A program made the translations under genes and the position numbers. Below the pieces are notes generated by a model. The model was not told where the DNA came from. It did no database searches and was given only the letters and a program-made list of their open reading frames with translations. 64,000 nt of DNA from a virus. Taxonomy: Duplodnaviria > Caudoviricetes. Below are positions 45,134 through 55,575 of the stretch, in pieces (position 1 is the first letter of the stretch; the number at the start of each line of letters is the position of its first letter). The DNA is taken from positions 61,264 through 125,263 of IMG/VR virus record IMGVR_UViG_3300044667_000075; one strand, given 5' to 3'.

Positions 45134-45134
45134 G

Positions 45135-47888
45135 TCAGGATCCCCAGATCTCGGCCCATACCGTGGATGCCCCGCCGGTCAGCGCCGTGCCCTGCAACAC
45201 TGAGATCGTCGTGTTCGCCTCGAGCAGCAGGGCCTGAGGGCACGTCTGGGAAGGCGGGTAGTAAACCCCGGCGGCCTGGGAGTTCCCGATCGCTGTCTTG
45301 GTGTTGGCGGTGCCGTCGGGCAGGGTGACGGACAGGTCGATCCGGCCGCCTGTCGCGGTGCTGGTGACGTGCCCCACGATGTACACCGTGACCCGGTGCA
45401 TGGCCCCGTCATTCGGCGCGGTCCAGGAAATCAGCGTGGGAGTCGAGTTGCCCAGCGAGACCCCGGCGACGGCTGTCGCGGCGAGTTTCGAGTTGATCTG
45501 CCCGAACGCCACCGCATCCCCGGACGCGGAACCGTTGGCCAGGTTCGTGGCCTTGTGGGAGTTCAAGGACACGTCCGCAGCCGGGGCGGTTATGGCGTCT
45601 AGCGTGGTCGTTGCCGCTAGCCGGGACGTGTCCGTAGGATGCACGTGGTCAGATCTCGAGTACGACGTGCGCGTGCCCGCCGCGGCGGTCCCGTTCACGA
45701 CCGGGGTCTCGTTGGACGCCCCGGCGCTCAGCGTCCACCACGCCGTCCCGTCGTAGTACAACCAGAGTTTGCCCCACTGGTTGGCCAAGGTGAGGTTGGA
45801 GGCGGCCCCGTCAATGTTCTTGCCGTTCCGGCCGATCGTCAGGTTGTGGGTGTTCCACTGGCCGGTGTCGTCGACAACGACGAAGAACTCCCCCGCCACG
45901 GGCGTGCCGGGAAGGGTGAGGGTGAACGCGGCAGTCGTGGTGTCGGTGAGGACCACCGGGGCGGACGCCGCAGCCAGCGTGGCAGCGGCGGACACGGACT
46001 GGGTGGCCAGGTTCGGGGGGACATTGAACGTCTTGGCACCCGTGATCGTCTCGGTCCCGGCCAAGTGCACGACCGCGGAATCCGCGGGATACCGGAGGTC
46101 CAGCTGCGACAGGGGAAGGTCATCGGCGACGGTGGTCCAGTTGCCGCAGGTCTGCACCAGCACCCCGGAGCCGGCCGTGGACGGCGCGATCCCAGACCCG
46201 CCGGACGTCGTGTCCACCGAGAACGTGAAGACCCCTGCGGTCGGCCCCGACGTGCTCACCACGTAGTACGGGGTGCTCGCGTTCAGCCCGGTCGGTTGCG
46301 TCGTCCAGGTGAAGTAGACCAGCTGCCCGGCCGCGAACGGAGCCGTCGAGGTGGAGATCGTGAGGTTGGCGCTGGAGGCGGTCACAGTGACCGGGCTTGC
46401 GGTCCCCGCCGCGTTGTAAGCCATCAGTTGCGCCTGGCCGGTCAGCACCATGGGGCTGGACGACGTGGCATAAGACCCCGACGTCCACCCGGTCGCACGG
46501 CCCATGACGTCCGGCGCGGTCACCGCAATCGTGGTCGTGTGGCTGCTCGCCGTGTTGGTCATCTTCACGCAGGCGAGCTGCCCGCTGAACCCGCCGACGG
46601 GCAGCGTCGCGGTGATGTTCGCGCTCGTGGCGTCCGCCTCGTTGAGCTTGCCCAGCGTGGCGGTGAAACTCGAGGTCTGCGGCGCGGTGGGGGGCAGCAG
46701 CCCCGTCCACGACGCGGCAGTCGACAGGCCCGTTGATGCGAGGAACGTTCCGGCGACCCCGGCCGACGCGAGCCCGGTCCCGCCGTTGCTGACGGACAGC
46801 GGCAGCGACGGCGCGGCGGTGACCTGCGCCCCGTACCACGTGGTCCCGCCATCCGGCGACGAGAACGTGAAGATCCCGGTCCCGCTGGCCGGCACCGACG
46901 GGGCCGACCCGCCTACCCAGGTGACCGTGGGCCACGTCAGCGTCCACGGCCCGCCCGACTGCACGGTGTACAAGATGATCTGTGCCTCAGTGCCCCCGCT
47001 GGCCCCGGACAGCGCCAGCGTGACCGACCCGCCGGTCAGCGTCAGCAGCACCGCCGCATACAACGAGGCGTTCAGCGTCACCGTCCCTGACCCGGCGCTG
47101 ACCGTCTGGACACCGTTCACGCCCCCGGCCGCGGCTTGCCACGTCGCCGCCGTCCCCGACGTCGCGGTCAGCACCTGCCCCGCCGTCGGCGCCGTCGCCG
47201 CAGCCACGTTCACCGTCGTCGTCGCGCTGTTCAGCGCGTCCGCCGCCGCGGCCTTGCCCGTGGTGTTCTGGTTCAGCACCGGCACATCGGCGGCCTGGAT
47301 GCCCCCCATGACGACGTGAGTGCCGTTACCCCGGAGGAACTGGCCGGACGTCTGCGCGCCCGCGAGCGCGTCCATCGCGGCCTGCTGTGTCGTCTGCCCC
47401 GTGCCGCCCTGCGCGATGGTCATCGGAAGCGTCAGCGGCGCCGACACCTCCGCCCCGTACCACGTCGTGCCCCCGTCCGGGCTGGAGAACACGAAAATGC
47501 CCGTCCCGCTCGCGGGGACAGTCGGCGTCGTGCCCCCGGCCCACGTCACCGCCGGCCACGTCACCGACCAGGGGCCGCCCGACTGGACCGTGTAGAGGGT
47601 GATCGACGCCTCAGTCCCCGCCGTGGCCCCGGACAGCGCCAGGGTCACGCTGTTCCCGGTCAGCGTCAGCACGACCGCGCCGTACGTGGCCGCGTTCAGC
47701 GTCACCGTCCCGCTGCCAGCGCTGACATTCTGGACCGCGCCGGAGGACCCGCTGCTGCTGAGGTTCGCGACGGTGATCTTCTTCGTCGTCCCCGCCGCCG
47801 ACATCGTGGTGTCGTGCGTGTCGACGATCATCAGCACGTCGTCGGTGTGCGGCGAAGTGAGAGCCGAGTAGTCGGTCAACTTGGACAA
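45135..47888 (-). CDS. tail fibre protein
   Basis: TTG start with GGAGG; IAQGGTG, VHLAGTETITGAKTF, SRSDHVHP and ATNLANG fibre motifs; duplicated domain. Confidence 0.9.
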   Translation of the reverse strand: MSKLTDYSALTSPHTDDVLMIVDTHDTTMSAAGTTKKITVANLSSSGSSGAVQNVSAGSGTVTLNAATYGAVVLTLTGNSVTLALSGATAGTEASITLYTVQSGGPWSVTWPAVTWAGGTTPTVPASGTGIFVFSSPDGGTTWYGAEVSAPLTLPMTIAQGGTGQTTQQAAMDALAGAQTSGQFLRGNGTHVVMGGIQAADVPVLNQNTTGKAAAADALNSATTTVNVAAATAPTAGQVLTATSGTAATWQAAAGGVNGVQTVSAGSGTVTLNASLYAAVLLTLTGGSVTLALSGASGGTEAQIILYTVQSGGPWTLTWPTVTWVGGSAPSVPASGTGIFTFSSPDGGTTWYGAQVTAAPSLPLSVSNGGTGLASAGVAGTFLASTGLSTAASWTGLLPPTAPQTSSFTATLGKLNEADATSANITATLPVGGFSGQLACVKMTNTASSHTTTIAVTAPDVMGRATGWTSGSYATSSSPMVLTGQAQLMAYNAAGTASPVTVTASSANLTISTSTAPFAAGQLVYFTWTTQPTGLNASTPYYVVSTSGPTAGVFTFSVDTTSGGSGIAPSTAGSGVLVQTCGNWTTVADDLPLSQLDLRYPADSAVVHLAGTETITGAKTFNVPPNLATQSVSAAATLAAASAPVVLTDTTTAAFTLTLPGTPVAGEFFVVVDDTGQWNTHNLTIGRNGKNIDGAASNLTLANQWGKLWLYYDGTAWWTLSAGASNETPVVNGTAAAGTRTSYSRSDHVHPTDTSRLAATTTLDAITAPAADVSLNSHKATNLANGSASGDAVAFGQINSKLAATAVAGVSLGNSTPTLISWTAPNDGAMHRVTVYIVGHVTSTATGGRIDLSVTLPDGTANTKTAIGNSQAAGVYYPPSQTCPQALLLEANTTISVLQGTALTGGASTVWAEIWGS

Positions 47889-47973
47889 CAGGGCCTCCCG
47901 GCGCTCGTAACGTGCATATGCACGTGCAGCAACTTCTCTGATTATCCGTCACCGGATCGCGTTTCCGCAGCAT

Positions 47974-50355
47974 TCAGCCCCCCGACGTCGAGACCGGGGC
48001 TAGCAGCGTGCCCTCGAGGCCGAGCAGCCCGGAGATTGACTGGTTCAGGTACTGCCATGGCGTGATGGTCGCGGTCTCGCTGATGTCGTTCCACTCGTAC
48101 CCGGCGACTAGGAACGTGATCGGATCCGGCGTGACCTCGCCTCCATAAGAGCCATCCGAAAGCAGCAGGCGGACAACCGTGCCGGCCTGGTCACATCCCA
48201 GGTCGATGGCCGCCCCGCCCGCGTTCATCAGGTCCCCGTACCGCGCCGAGAAAGGACCAGCCCAGGAGGCTCTTTTGTAGATCTGGAGCACGTAATTGCC
48301 TACGGTCTGGGCCTGGGCGGCGGTCATGACCCCGGCATTGGACAGGTCGGCGTAGACCTCCATGGGCCCGTGCATGGCGACGCTGGCCGCGTTCTGCACG
48401 GTGGTCGTAGCGTACGTGGCCGCCCCGCCGCTCGAGCTCGTGTTGTCGGCGGTGGCCTGGTAACGCAAGACGAGCACGTTGATGTCCCCGCCGAGCGTCC
48501 TGCCCACGGGCGTGGTGGCCACCAGCAGCCGGTTCACGGCAGTCGGCAGCGGGAAGACCGACAGGACGTTCTGCCCGCTAGGCTGCGAGTCCACGTACCA
48601 CGTCAGCCCGCCCCTGGTGCAGACGAGCTTAAGCAGGTCGGCGATGGTCTGGGCACCGCTATCTACCGCCTGGCCTAGCCAGGCGCCCGGAGGCGACCCC
48701 ACGCCCGGGTTGACCCACGGCAATCCCCGGCCGATCGCGGCGTTGATCGACACGTCGGGTTGCCCGGCTGGCCAGGTACCGGTGTAGGTGGCCACGAAGT
48801 TCTGCCCGAGGTTCCCGGCACCGACAGCGGTCAGGTTCCAGCCCTGCGCAGTAGGTACAGGTTCATCTAGGCGTCCCGTCCATACCACGCCTCCTCCCCT
48901 GAATACGCGGACGGTCCATCCGGGGTTGAACATCTGCGTCCGGTACGACGCGGGGACCATGACGGTGCAGGACATCTTGTCGGCACCGCCGGGGCACACG
49001 AACGAGTAGGTCAGGGCCGTGACCTGGCCCAATGTCCCAAGCCAGTACAGGCGGGAGTCTCCCGGGGCGGACACGGCGACCTGGCTCGAGCCGGGCCACG
49101 CGTACGGGGTGGTGACGATCCCCCTTGACGCCTGGGCGGTGGCGACACCGAGGACCCGGGCGACGCTGATCGTGCCCGTGCCCGCCAGGACCGCGGAGAA
49201 CCCGAGGGTGACCCTCCCCGCGCCGAGCGACCCTGAGCCGGACAGGCCTGCGGTCACCTGGGAGGACGGGACTGCGGCGAGGGTGCCCGTGCCGGACAGG
49301 GCGGCCGTGGCGTACCCGGCGACGTGCGCGGTCAGGGTCCCCGAACCGGACAGGGCGGCGGCCGGGCCTGTGGTGACTGACGCGACCGGGCCGCCGCCCG
49401 ACGGGTACAGGGCCGGCCCCGGGTAGGTCGACGAGGACGGGTAGACGGCGCCGCCTTCGTCGAGGACCGGGTTGCCCGCTTCGTCGGCGATCACATGGCC
49501 AGACTCGTCGAGCAGGTAGACGGGGCCGTTCATTGTGCCGATGCCGGACAGGGCCGCGGCGGGGAGCTGTTGCCTCGCCCCCGCCGTGGCGGTGATCGTC
49601 CCGGTGCCGGACAGGGCCGCGGCGGCGTTGAACCGCCACGCGGCGGTGAGCGTGCCTGTGCCGGTCAGGGTGGCGGCGCCTGGGTGGGAGGCGCCGGACG
49701 CGGTGTAGGTGAGGGTGACCTGGCCGCCGCCTCCGGCCGCGCCCGCGGCTACGGCACCGCCGCCAGCGCCACCGCCGCCTCCGCCGGGCGTGCTGCCCGC
49801 AGTGCCGCCGAGGGTGATGTTGCCGCCTTTGCCGCCCGCTCCCCCGCCGGTTACTGCCGCCCCGCCGCTGCCGCCGGACGTGCCGGACGCCGCGGACCCG
49901 TTGTTCCCGGCGGAGGCCGACCCCCCGGACCCGCCTCCTCCCCCCGCTCCCCCGGTGGTCCCGCCCGCGCCGCCCGCGCCGCCGTTGTTGTGGACGCTGG
50001 CCGTGCTGCCCGATCCTCCCGCGCCGCCAGTCCCGCCGTGGGCGGACGTGCCGCCCGCCCCGCCGTGGGCGGTGACCGAGGCCCCGCCGTCCCCCGTGAA
50101 CGTCGTGGTCCCACCGGACCCGCCCGTACCGCTGGAGACCCCGGTGCCCCCGGTGCCGACGGTGAAGGAGTAGACCGTGCCGGGGGTTACGGTGATGGTG
50201 GCCTTGGCGTACTCGCCTCCGCCGCCGCCTCCGCCGTCGTTGTTGGTGCTGGACCCGCCGCCCGCTCCCCCGCCGCCCCATACTTCCGCGACCACGCTGG
50301 TGACCCCGGCGGGAGCCGTCCAGGTACCAGAGGCGGAATAGGTAACGGTTGTGAT
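47974..50355 (-). CDS. Gly-rich minor tail/baseplate protein (putative ATC start)
   Basis: TTVTYSASGTWTAPAGVTSVVAEVWGGGG Gly-rich domain plus a hub-like C-terminus; first canonical start at 50295. Confidence 0.85.
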   Translation of the reverse strand: MTTVTYSASGTWTAPAGVTSVVAEVWGGGGAGGGSSTNNDGGGGGGGEYAKATITVTPGTVYSFTVGTGGTGVSSGTGGSGGTTTFTGDGGASVTAHGGAGGTSAHGGTGGAGGSGSTASVHNNGGAGGAGGTTGGAGGGGGSGGSASAGNNGSAASGTSGGSGGAAVTGGGAGGKGGNITLGGTAGSTPGGGGGGAGGGAVAAGAAGGGGQVTLTYTASGASHPGAATLTGTGTLTAAWRFNAAAALSGTGTITATAGARQQLPAAALSGIGTMNGPVYLLDESGHVIADEAGNPVLDEGGAVYPSSSTYPGPALYPSGGGPVASVTTGPAAALSGSGTLTAHVAGYATAALSGTGTLAAVPSSQVTAGLSGSGSLGAGRVTLGFSAVLAGTGTISVARVLGVATAQASRGIVTTPYAWPGSSQVAVSAPGDSRLYWLGTLGQVTALTYSFVCPGGADKMSCTVMVPASYRTQMFNPGWTVRVFRGGGVVWTGRLDEPVPTAQGWNLTAVGAGNLGQNFVATYTGTWPAGQPDVSINAAIGRGLPWVNPGVGSPPGAWLGQAVDSGAQTIADLLKLVCTRGGLTWYVDSQPSGQNVLSVFPLPTAVNRLLVATTPVGRTLGGDINVLVLRYQATADNTSSSGGAATYATTTVQNAASVAMHGPMEVYADLSNAGVMTAAQAQTVGNYVLQIYKRASWAGPFSARYGDLMNAGGAAIDLGCDQAGTVVRLLLSDGSYGGEVTPDPITFLVAGYEWNDISETATITPWQYLNQSISGLLGLEGTLLAPVSTSGG

Positions 50356-50423
50356 GGTGCCACCCCCCTAGCGGCAGTCGCCCGGAGGACGAGTGAGGAC
50401 AGGCGGGCGGTCATCCAGCGGCC

Positions 50424-51848
50424 CTAGACGATCCCGGACCACGCCGGCGAGGCGCCGCCCGTCGTGCAAATGTAAATCCGCTGGTTAGCGGTCGACGGCG
50501 TGTCGGTCCGGAAGTAGATGTCGCCTGCGTTCGGGTTCACGCCGTTCGGCTTCGATGGCGCCCCGGATCCCTGGCTGATCGACCCGCCGCCGGTCAGCGC
50601 GGACTGGAACTGGCTGGCGATGAACTGCCCCGACTGGGTGAGTTGCGCGGTAGTCGCGGAGAACCCCGTGTTGAGGAACTGGAGCGCGCCGTTACTGTTC
50701 CTGACCCAGACCTGGTTTCCCGCGTGCTGAACGTCGTCGATGCCGACCGTGTTCGAGGACCCGCCGCCGCCGGAGGTCTGGAACGTCACCGGCATCGCCG
50801 TGCCCGCCGAGGCAGCCAGCGCCGATGGCGTGTCCGTCAGCGTCCCGACGTAGCGGTAGTGCGCGCCGAGCCGGAAGTTACCGCCCGCGCCTGCCAGGCC
50901 GAGCGCGACCGCGCCCGCGTCCCCGTCGAACACGGTGTGGCCGCCGATGCTGATCTCGTGGGCGCCGCCGTCGATGAGGGCGCATTTCCCGGCAGGAAGG
51001 GCCTGCGACAGGTAGCACTCGCTGAAGACCAGGTTGTAGCAGTTGCTGCCGGTGACGTGCAGCGGCGCTGACCCTGAGGCCGCGCCCGCGTTCAGGCCGG
51101 CCCACTGCTGGGAGACCCGGAAGTTGGACACGTTGGAGAAGTACACGGCGTCGCCGTAGTAGTTGTCCGAGACGCACTGGTCGAGGAACCCGTTGACTGC
51201 AGTTCCGCCGGTCGCGGTGCTGGTGAACGCGAACCCGTGCGCCGCGCTGGCAGGCGGGGAGACGACACGTACCCGGCTCAGGTACATGCCGCCCGTGTCG
51301 GCCGCGGTGGTCCGCGTGTATCCGAACGCGGTCCCGCCGACGTTGCGGAGCATGATGTCGGACCAGTGCTGCTCGGTGGGGTCGTCACCGTTGACCGTGA
51401 TGCCGCCTGCGGCTGCCGGCCCGGACAGGTACAGGTTCCACGCGTGGAAGTCCGACGCGCCGTTGACGGTGACGCCGTAGGACCCGGACCCGATGCCGAA
51501 TGCGAGGTCGGACAGCCAGAACTTGCTGGGCCCGCTGAGGGTAAGGCCGGCCTGCCCTGAGACCACGTTGAGGACGGTGGCAGGCCCGGATCCCTGGAGC
51601 CACTGGCTGGACGCGGCCAGCGCGGGAGCCTTGATGTACCACTGGCCGGGCGCAAGCCGGATCAGGGAGCCGCTGCTGTCAGCCGCCTGGATCGCGCTGG
51701 TGTCCGTCGTCCCGGTAGGGTCCCCGGACGGCGCCAGTCCGTAGGTGGCGGATATCCCCGCGTCGATGTGGTTGAGCGCGGCGGCGGTGACCGGCGTCGC
51801 GGTCGACGGGGAGTCTTGCCACGCCGCGTAATACCCGGTGTATCCCAA
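50424..51848 (-). CDS. beta-helix tailspike-like protein
   Basis: AAALNHIDAGI; GTTDTSAIQAA..IRLAPGQWYI..LQGSG pectate-lyase-3-like start. Confidence 0.85.
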   Translation of the reverse strand: MGYTGYYAAWQDSPSTATPVTAAALNHIDAGISATYGLAPSGDPTGTTDTSAIQAADSSGSLIRLAPGQWYIKAPALAASSQWLQGSGPATVLNVVSGQAGLTLSGPSKFWLSDLAFGIGSGSYGVTVNGASDFHAWNLYLSGPAAAGGITVNGDDPTEQHWSDIMLRNVGGTAFGYTRTTAADTGGMYLSRVRVVSPPASAAHGFAFTSTATGGTAVNGFLDQCVSDNYYGDAVYFSNVSNFRVSQQWAGLNAGAASGSAPLHVTGSNCYNLVFSECYLSQALPAGKCALIDGGAHEISIGGHTVFDGDAGAVALGLAGAGGNFRLGAHYRYVGTLTDTPSALAASAGTAMPVTFQTSGGGGSSNTVGIDDVQHAGNQVWVRNSNGALQFLNTGFSATTAQLTQSGQFIASQFQSALTGGGSISQGSGAPSKPNGVNPNAGDIYFRTDTPSTANQRIYICTTGGASPAWSGIV

Positions 51849-51872
51849 AGGGGCCTCCTTCCTGCGCCGGGG

Positions 51873-52361
51873 TCACGGGAGCATGATGTTGTGGTTGCGG
51901 AGGTCCATGATGATGTTGTTCACCAAGGTGATGACCGCGTTCATGTAGTCGTGGCGTTCCCCGTTGGCCCAGTTCGGGCCGCTGTTCGGGTCGGTCGCGA
52001 TCGTGCCCCACGGGCCCATCTGCGTGGTAGACGCGAGCCACGCGGTCTGCGGCCCGGACGTGAAGTTGGACAGCGCCCCGCAGTGCAGGGTGACGGATCC
52101 CTGCTGGGTGTCCAGCGTGATGGTGGCGCCGCCGGACACGTTGGTGAAGATGCCCTTGTTGAGCTGGTCGATCGACGCGGAGTGGCCGACCATCTTGGTG
52201 ACGAGGTTGTTCACGCGATCCTCGACGTTGCGGGTTTTCGCCGTGTTCGCCGCGGTCATCGCCGAGCCCCAGATCAGGACGAGCAGCGCGAGGATGGCGA
52301 GGTGGCCGGGCAGGAACCACGCGGCGGCGGTACCCAGGGTCAAGAGCAGGCGGCGGAACAT
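51873..52361 (-). CDS. membrane-anchored virion-associated protein
   Basis: GAGGT RBS; N-terminal TM helix followed by coiled coil. Confidence 0.7.
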   Translation of the reverse strand: MFRRLLLTLGTAAAWFLPGHLAILALLVLIWGSAMTAANTAKTRNVEDRVNNLVTKMVGHSASIDQLNKGIFTNVSGGATITLDTQQGSVTLHCGALSNFTSGPQTAWLASTTQMGPWGTIATDPNSGPNWANGERHDYMNAVITLVNNIIMDLRNHNIMLP

Positions 52362-52368
52362 GGGCACC

Positions 52369-55300
52369 TCACTGGAACCGGTCGTAGTAATAGGTCGGGG
52401 AAAAGCTGACGCCAATTGCCGGAGCCAATCCGTCCGCGCAATAAACGAAAAGCGAATTCTCCCCGTCAGCGGGTTCGACCGCGAGTGGGCCGCCGCTGAT
52501 GGCTTGGCAGGCGTCCATCACGGAGACCGCGCTGGCCCGGCCGTTCCACGACCCGAGCACCAGCCCCAAGCTGCGGTCGGGGTCCGGAGCATCGATAAAA
52601 TAGGTGATATACCCGCTGCCGCTGGATTCATTGACGATGACCGTCTGGCCCATGGTGTCCAGGAAGATCAGGTCATAGAACCTATCCCCGGTATTGCTGC
52701 TGGTCACGGAGACCGTGTAGTAGCCCGAGGTGTTGTCCGCGGCGACTCCCTTGACGGGAAGGGTGAGGACCCCGGCGCACACCAGGCCGTTGCTCACGCT
52801 GCTCGCGGCGACCGTGACCGGCGTCGTCGACACGCTGTAGCTGGGGCCGCCATTGAACTCGAACTGGTTGACCGTCACCGTGATGCTCCTGGATCCCCCG
52901 GCCAGCGACGCAGCCACCAGGTACAGCGTGTAGGTCCCGCCAAAGCTCGCGTTCACCCCGCTGACCGGCTGCGGCATCGCGTACTGCGTGCTCCCGTTCG
53001 GCACGTCGTTCCCGCCGCCCACGCTCACCAAAGGCTGGAACATCTTCAGCGCGCCGAGCGGAGGCCGGTGCACGATCAGGCTCTTGAACGGCTGCGACGC
53101 GTACGGTGTGACCGTGATCTGCCCGTCACCGCCCGCGCCGCCGGACACCGACGACCCGGACGAGTTCGCGCCACCGCCACCGCCGCCCGGCTGGGATCCG
53201 GACGACCCCGCCGTGCCCGCGGTCGCGCCGCCCTGACCGCCCGCACCGCCGCCGGACACCGCGATACCGCCGGCGTTCGTCGGCGCCCCGACTCCCGCGG
53301 GGAACGTGATCCGCACCTGGCCGCGGGCCCCGGACCCGGCCGCGTACCCGGCGAGGTGCGCACCGCCACCGCCGCCTCCCGGTGCCGACCCGGACCCGCC
53401 GCTGCCCGCCGCAGCGCCCGACCCGGACCCGCCCGACCCGCCGCCGGGAGGCGCGACACCCCCGCTCGGGCTGCCACCCGAGTTGCCGTCAGCATTCGGC
53501 CCGGCTGAGGACCCGCCGCCGCCCGTGTACGGGTACGCCGACCCGCCGTCACCGCCAGAGAACCCGACGTCCCCGGTGCCGCCGTTCCCGCCGGACCCCT
53601 GGCCGCCCTGCCACTGGCCGCCGAGGCCGCCCGTCCCCGGCTCGGCCAGGACCAGCCGTCCGCCGTCCGCCGTGAAGCTCGACGCGCCGCCGTCAGACCC
53701 GGCCTGCCCGCCGCCACCCGACCCCGACCCACCTGACCCGCCCGCGCCGACAACGTAGGAGTACGTGTTCCCCGGGCTGACCGGCAGCCACGCCGCCCGG
53801 TACTCGCCTCCGCCGCCGCCCGCGCCGTTCCGGCCCGCCGACGCCGCGCCAGCGCCGCCGCCGCCGCCCCACACCTCCGCGAACACCTGCGTGACACCGG
53901 ACGGGCACAACCACGACCCCGAGGTGGTGAACGTCAGGCTCGCCGTGCCCGTCGGCGAGTTACCCGCGGACGACGGGCCCGCGCTCGAGCCGCCGCCGCC
54001 GCCCAGTCCTCCGGAAGCGGTCCGGCCCGCGCCGCCTTTGTACTCGGCCGTGTTCCCCGACCCGGAACCTCCCGCGCCGGCTGTGGCGCTGTTCTGCGCC
54101 GCTGACAGGCCGCCGTTCGCGATGACCTGCAGCGACCCCGACGGGCCCGGCCCGAACACCGACGCCTGACCCGGCACCGGGGACGCTCCCGGCGTCCCGC
54201 CCGCGCCGACGATGTACGGGATGCTCTGGCCGGGGCTGGCCGGGAAGTTGTTCTCCCCCGCGAACTCGGCACCGCCCCCCCCGCCGCCCTGCCCGGCGAC
54301 GGTCATCGACGCGCCCGCGCCACCTCCGCCGATCGCGCCGACATTCAGCCACGCCGTCCCCGCGGGCACCGTGTAACTGCCCGCGCCTGCCGTGCCCAGG
54401 ACAGCCGGCGTCCCCGCCGTGGGGGGCTGCTGGAACGTCAGGCTCATCGGGGCCCGCGCCGTGCCCTGCAGCCCCGACAGCGTATAGACGTACCCGCGGG
54501 TAACCGGCGCGTAGGACTGCGACGGCGGCACCGCCACCAGGTAGTCCAGGTAGCACGTCACGAACGCCAGCCGCGGCACCGGATGCTGCCGGTTCGTGAT
54601 CGTCAGCGTGTACGACGCCACCGCCGCGTAGTTGAACGTCCCGGAGTCCTGCGGGACCGGGATCGTCACCCGCGTATAGACGGGATCGGTCCACGCCGGG
54701 GTGACTGGGAGCGTCAGGTTCCCCCGGCTGAACGACAGCGTGCCCCCCGCCGAGTCCTTCAACGTCACCGCTACCGTCACGCCCGCGGTCCGGTGGTGAT
54801 AGTCCAGCGCCCAGTAGTACCGGGAGCCCAGCCCGACCCACACCTGCAGCGCCGTCAGGCCCGTCAGGTTCAGCGCCGGGTTCAGCGTCACCGGCCCGTA
54901 CACGAACGGGGTCTGGGACCCGCCAGGGTCCTTGACCAGCGGCGAATCCGGGTCCCACATCACCGTCGTCGGCCCGACGACCGCCTTCGTGGACTGCTGG
55001 CACTGCACCGACGCGACCGTCGTGAACTGGTCCACTACCACCGCGGATGGCGGGCTCGGCGGCGTGATGTAACTCGTCGGCACCGGGGAAGCGAACGCGA
55101 TCTGCTGCTGCGTGTCGCTCCGGCCATACGGAAGCGCGGGGATCGTGAGAGTGATCTGGAAGCCGAGCAACTGCTGCTCGAGGCGGCTGCTGTAGACCGG
55201 TTTCGACGGCTGCGCGCGGAAACAGTCGATCACCAGCGGCAGTGCCGTCCCGCCCGGCCCCGGGTCCCGCGTCCAGGTCAGCGTGAACTTGTCCTGATCC

Positions 55301-55575
55301 ACGGTCTGCTGCAGTACTTCGCGGGCCGCGGCCAGTGTCGTCCGGTCCGGCGCGGTCACCCAGATGGGCAACTGGATCGTCCGGTTTCCGGCCCGCCGGC
55401 CGAACGGCCGCTCACCGTCCAGGATCAGGCTGGCGACGAAATCGGTGGTCGGCTGCGGCGCCCCGACGTCATACCCCGATTGCAGGGAGAACACCGCGCC
55501 GGCGCATGCGGGTATCGTGCTCGGCACCCGGCCGATGAGTTCTATTTGCCCGGAGATCTGGAGGGAGTCGGCCAT
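52369..55575 (-). CDS. minor tail (distal-tail-like) protein with Gly-rich inserts
   Basis: Follows the tape measure; RTIQLPIWV Dit-like N-terminus; two Gly-rich domains. Confidence 0.85.
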   Translation of the reverse strand: MADSLQISGQIELIGRVPSTIPACAGAVFSLQSGYDVGAPQPTTDFVASLILDGERPFGRRAGNRTIQLPIWVTAPDRTTLAAAREVLQQTVDQDKFTLTWTRDPGPGGTALPLVIDCFRAQPSKPVYSSRLEQQLLGFQITLTIPALPYGRSDTQQQIAFASPVPTSYITPPSPPSAVVVDQFTTVASVQCQQSTKAVVGPTTVMWDPDSPLVKDPGGSQTPFVYGPVTLNPALNLTGLTALQVWVGLGSRYYWALDYHHRTAGVTVAVTLKDSAGGTLSFSRGNLTLPVTPAWTDPVYTRVTIPVPQDSGTFNYAAVASYTLTITNRQHPVPRLAFVTCYLDYLVAVPPSQSYAPVTRGYVYTLSGLQGTARAPMSLTFQQPPTAGTPAVLGTAGAGSYTVPAGTAWLNVGAIGGGGAGASMTVAGQGGGGGGAEFAGENNFPASPGQSIPYIVGAGGTPGASPVPGQASVFGPGPSGSLQVIANGGLSAAQNSATAGAGGSGSGNTAEYKGGAGRTASGGLGGGGGSSAGPSSAGNSPTGTASLTFTTSGSWLCPSGVTQVFAEVWGGGGGAGAASAGRNGAGGGGGEYRAAWLPVSPGNTYSYVVGAGGSGGSGSGGGGQAGSDGGASSFTADGGRLVLAEPGTGGLGGQWQGGQGSGGNGGTGDVGFSGGDGGSAYPYTGGGGSSAGPNADGNSGGSPSGGVAPPGGGSGGSGSGAAAGSGGSGSAPGGGGGGAHLAGYAAGSGARGQVRITFPAGVGAPTNAGGIAVSGGGAGGQGGATAGTAGSSGSQPGGGGGGANSSGSSVSGGAGGDGQITVTPYASQPFKSLIVHRPPLGALKMFQPLVSVGGGNDVPNGSTQYAMPQPVSGVNASFGGTYTLYLVAASLAGGSRSITVTVNQFEFNGGPSYSVSTTPVTVAASSVSNGLVCAGVLTLPVKGVAADNTSGYYTVSVTSSNTGDRFYDLIFLDTMGQTVIVNESSGSGYITYFIDAPDPDRSLGLVLGSWNGRASAVSVMDACQAISGGPLAVEPADGENSLFVYCADGLAPAIGVSFSPTYYYDRFQ

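Noticed and set aside
46830-47740. DGR template/variable repeat pair in the tail fibre
   Set aside because: Both copies are in-frame coding, the differences do not look adenine-specific, and no reverse transcriptase is present in the window.
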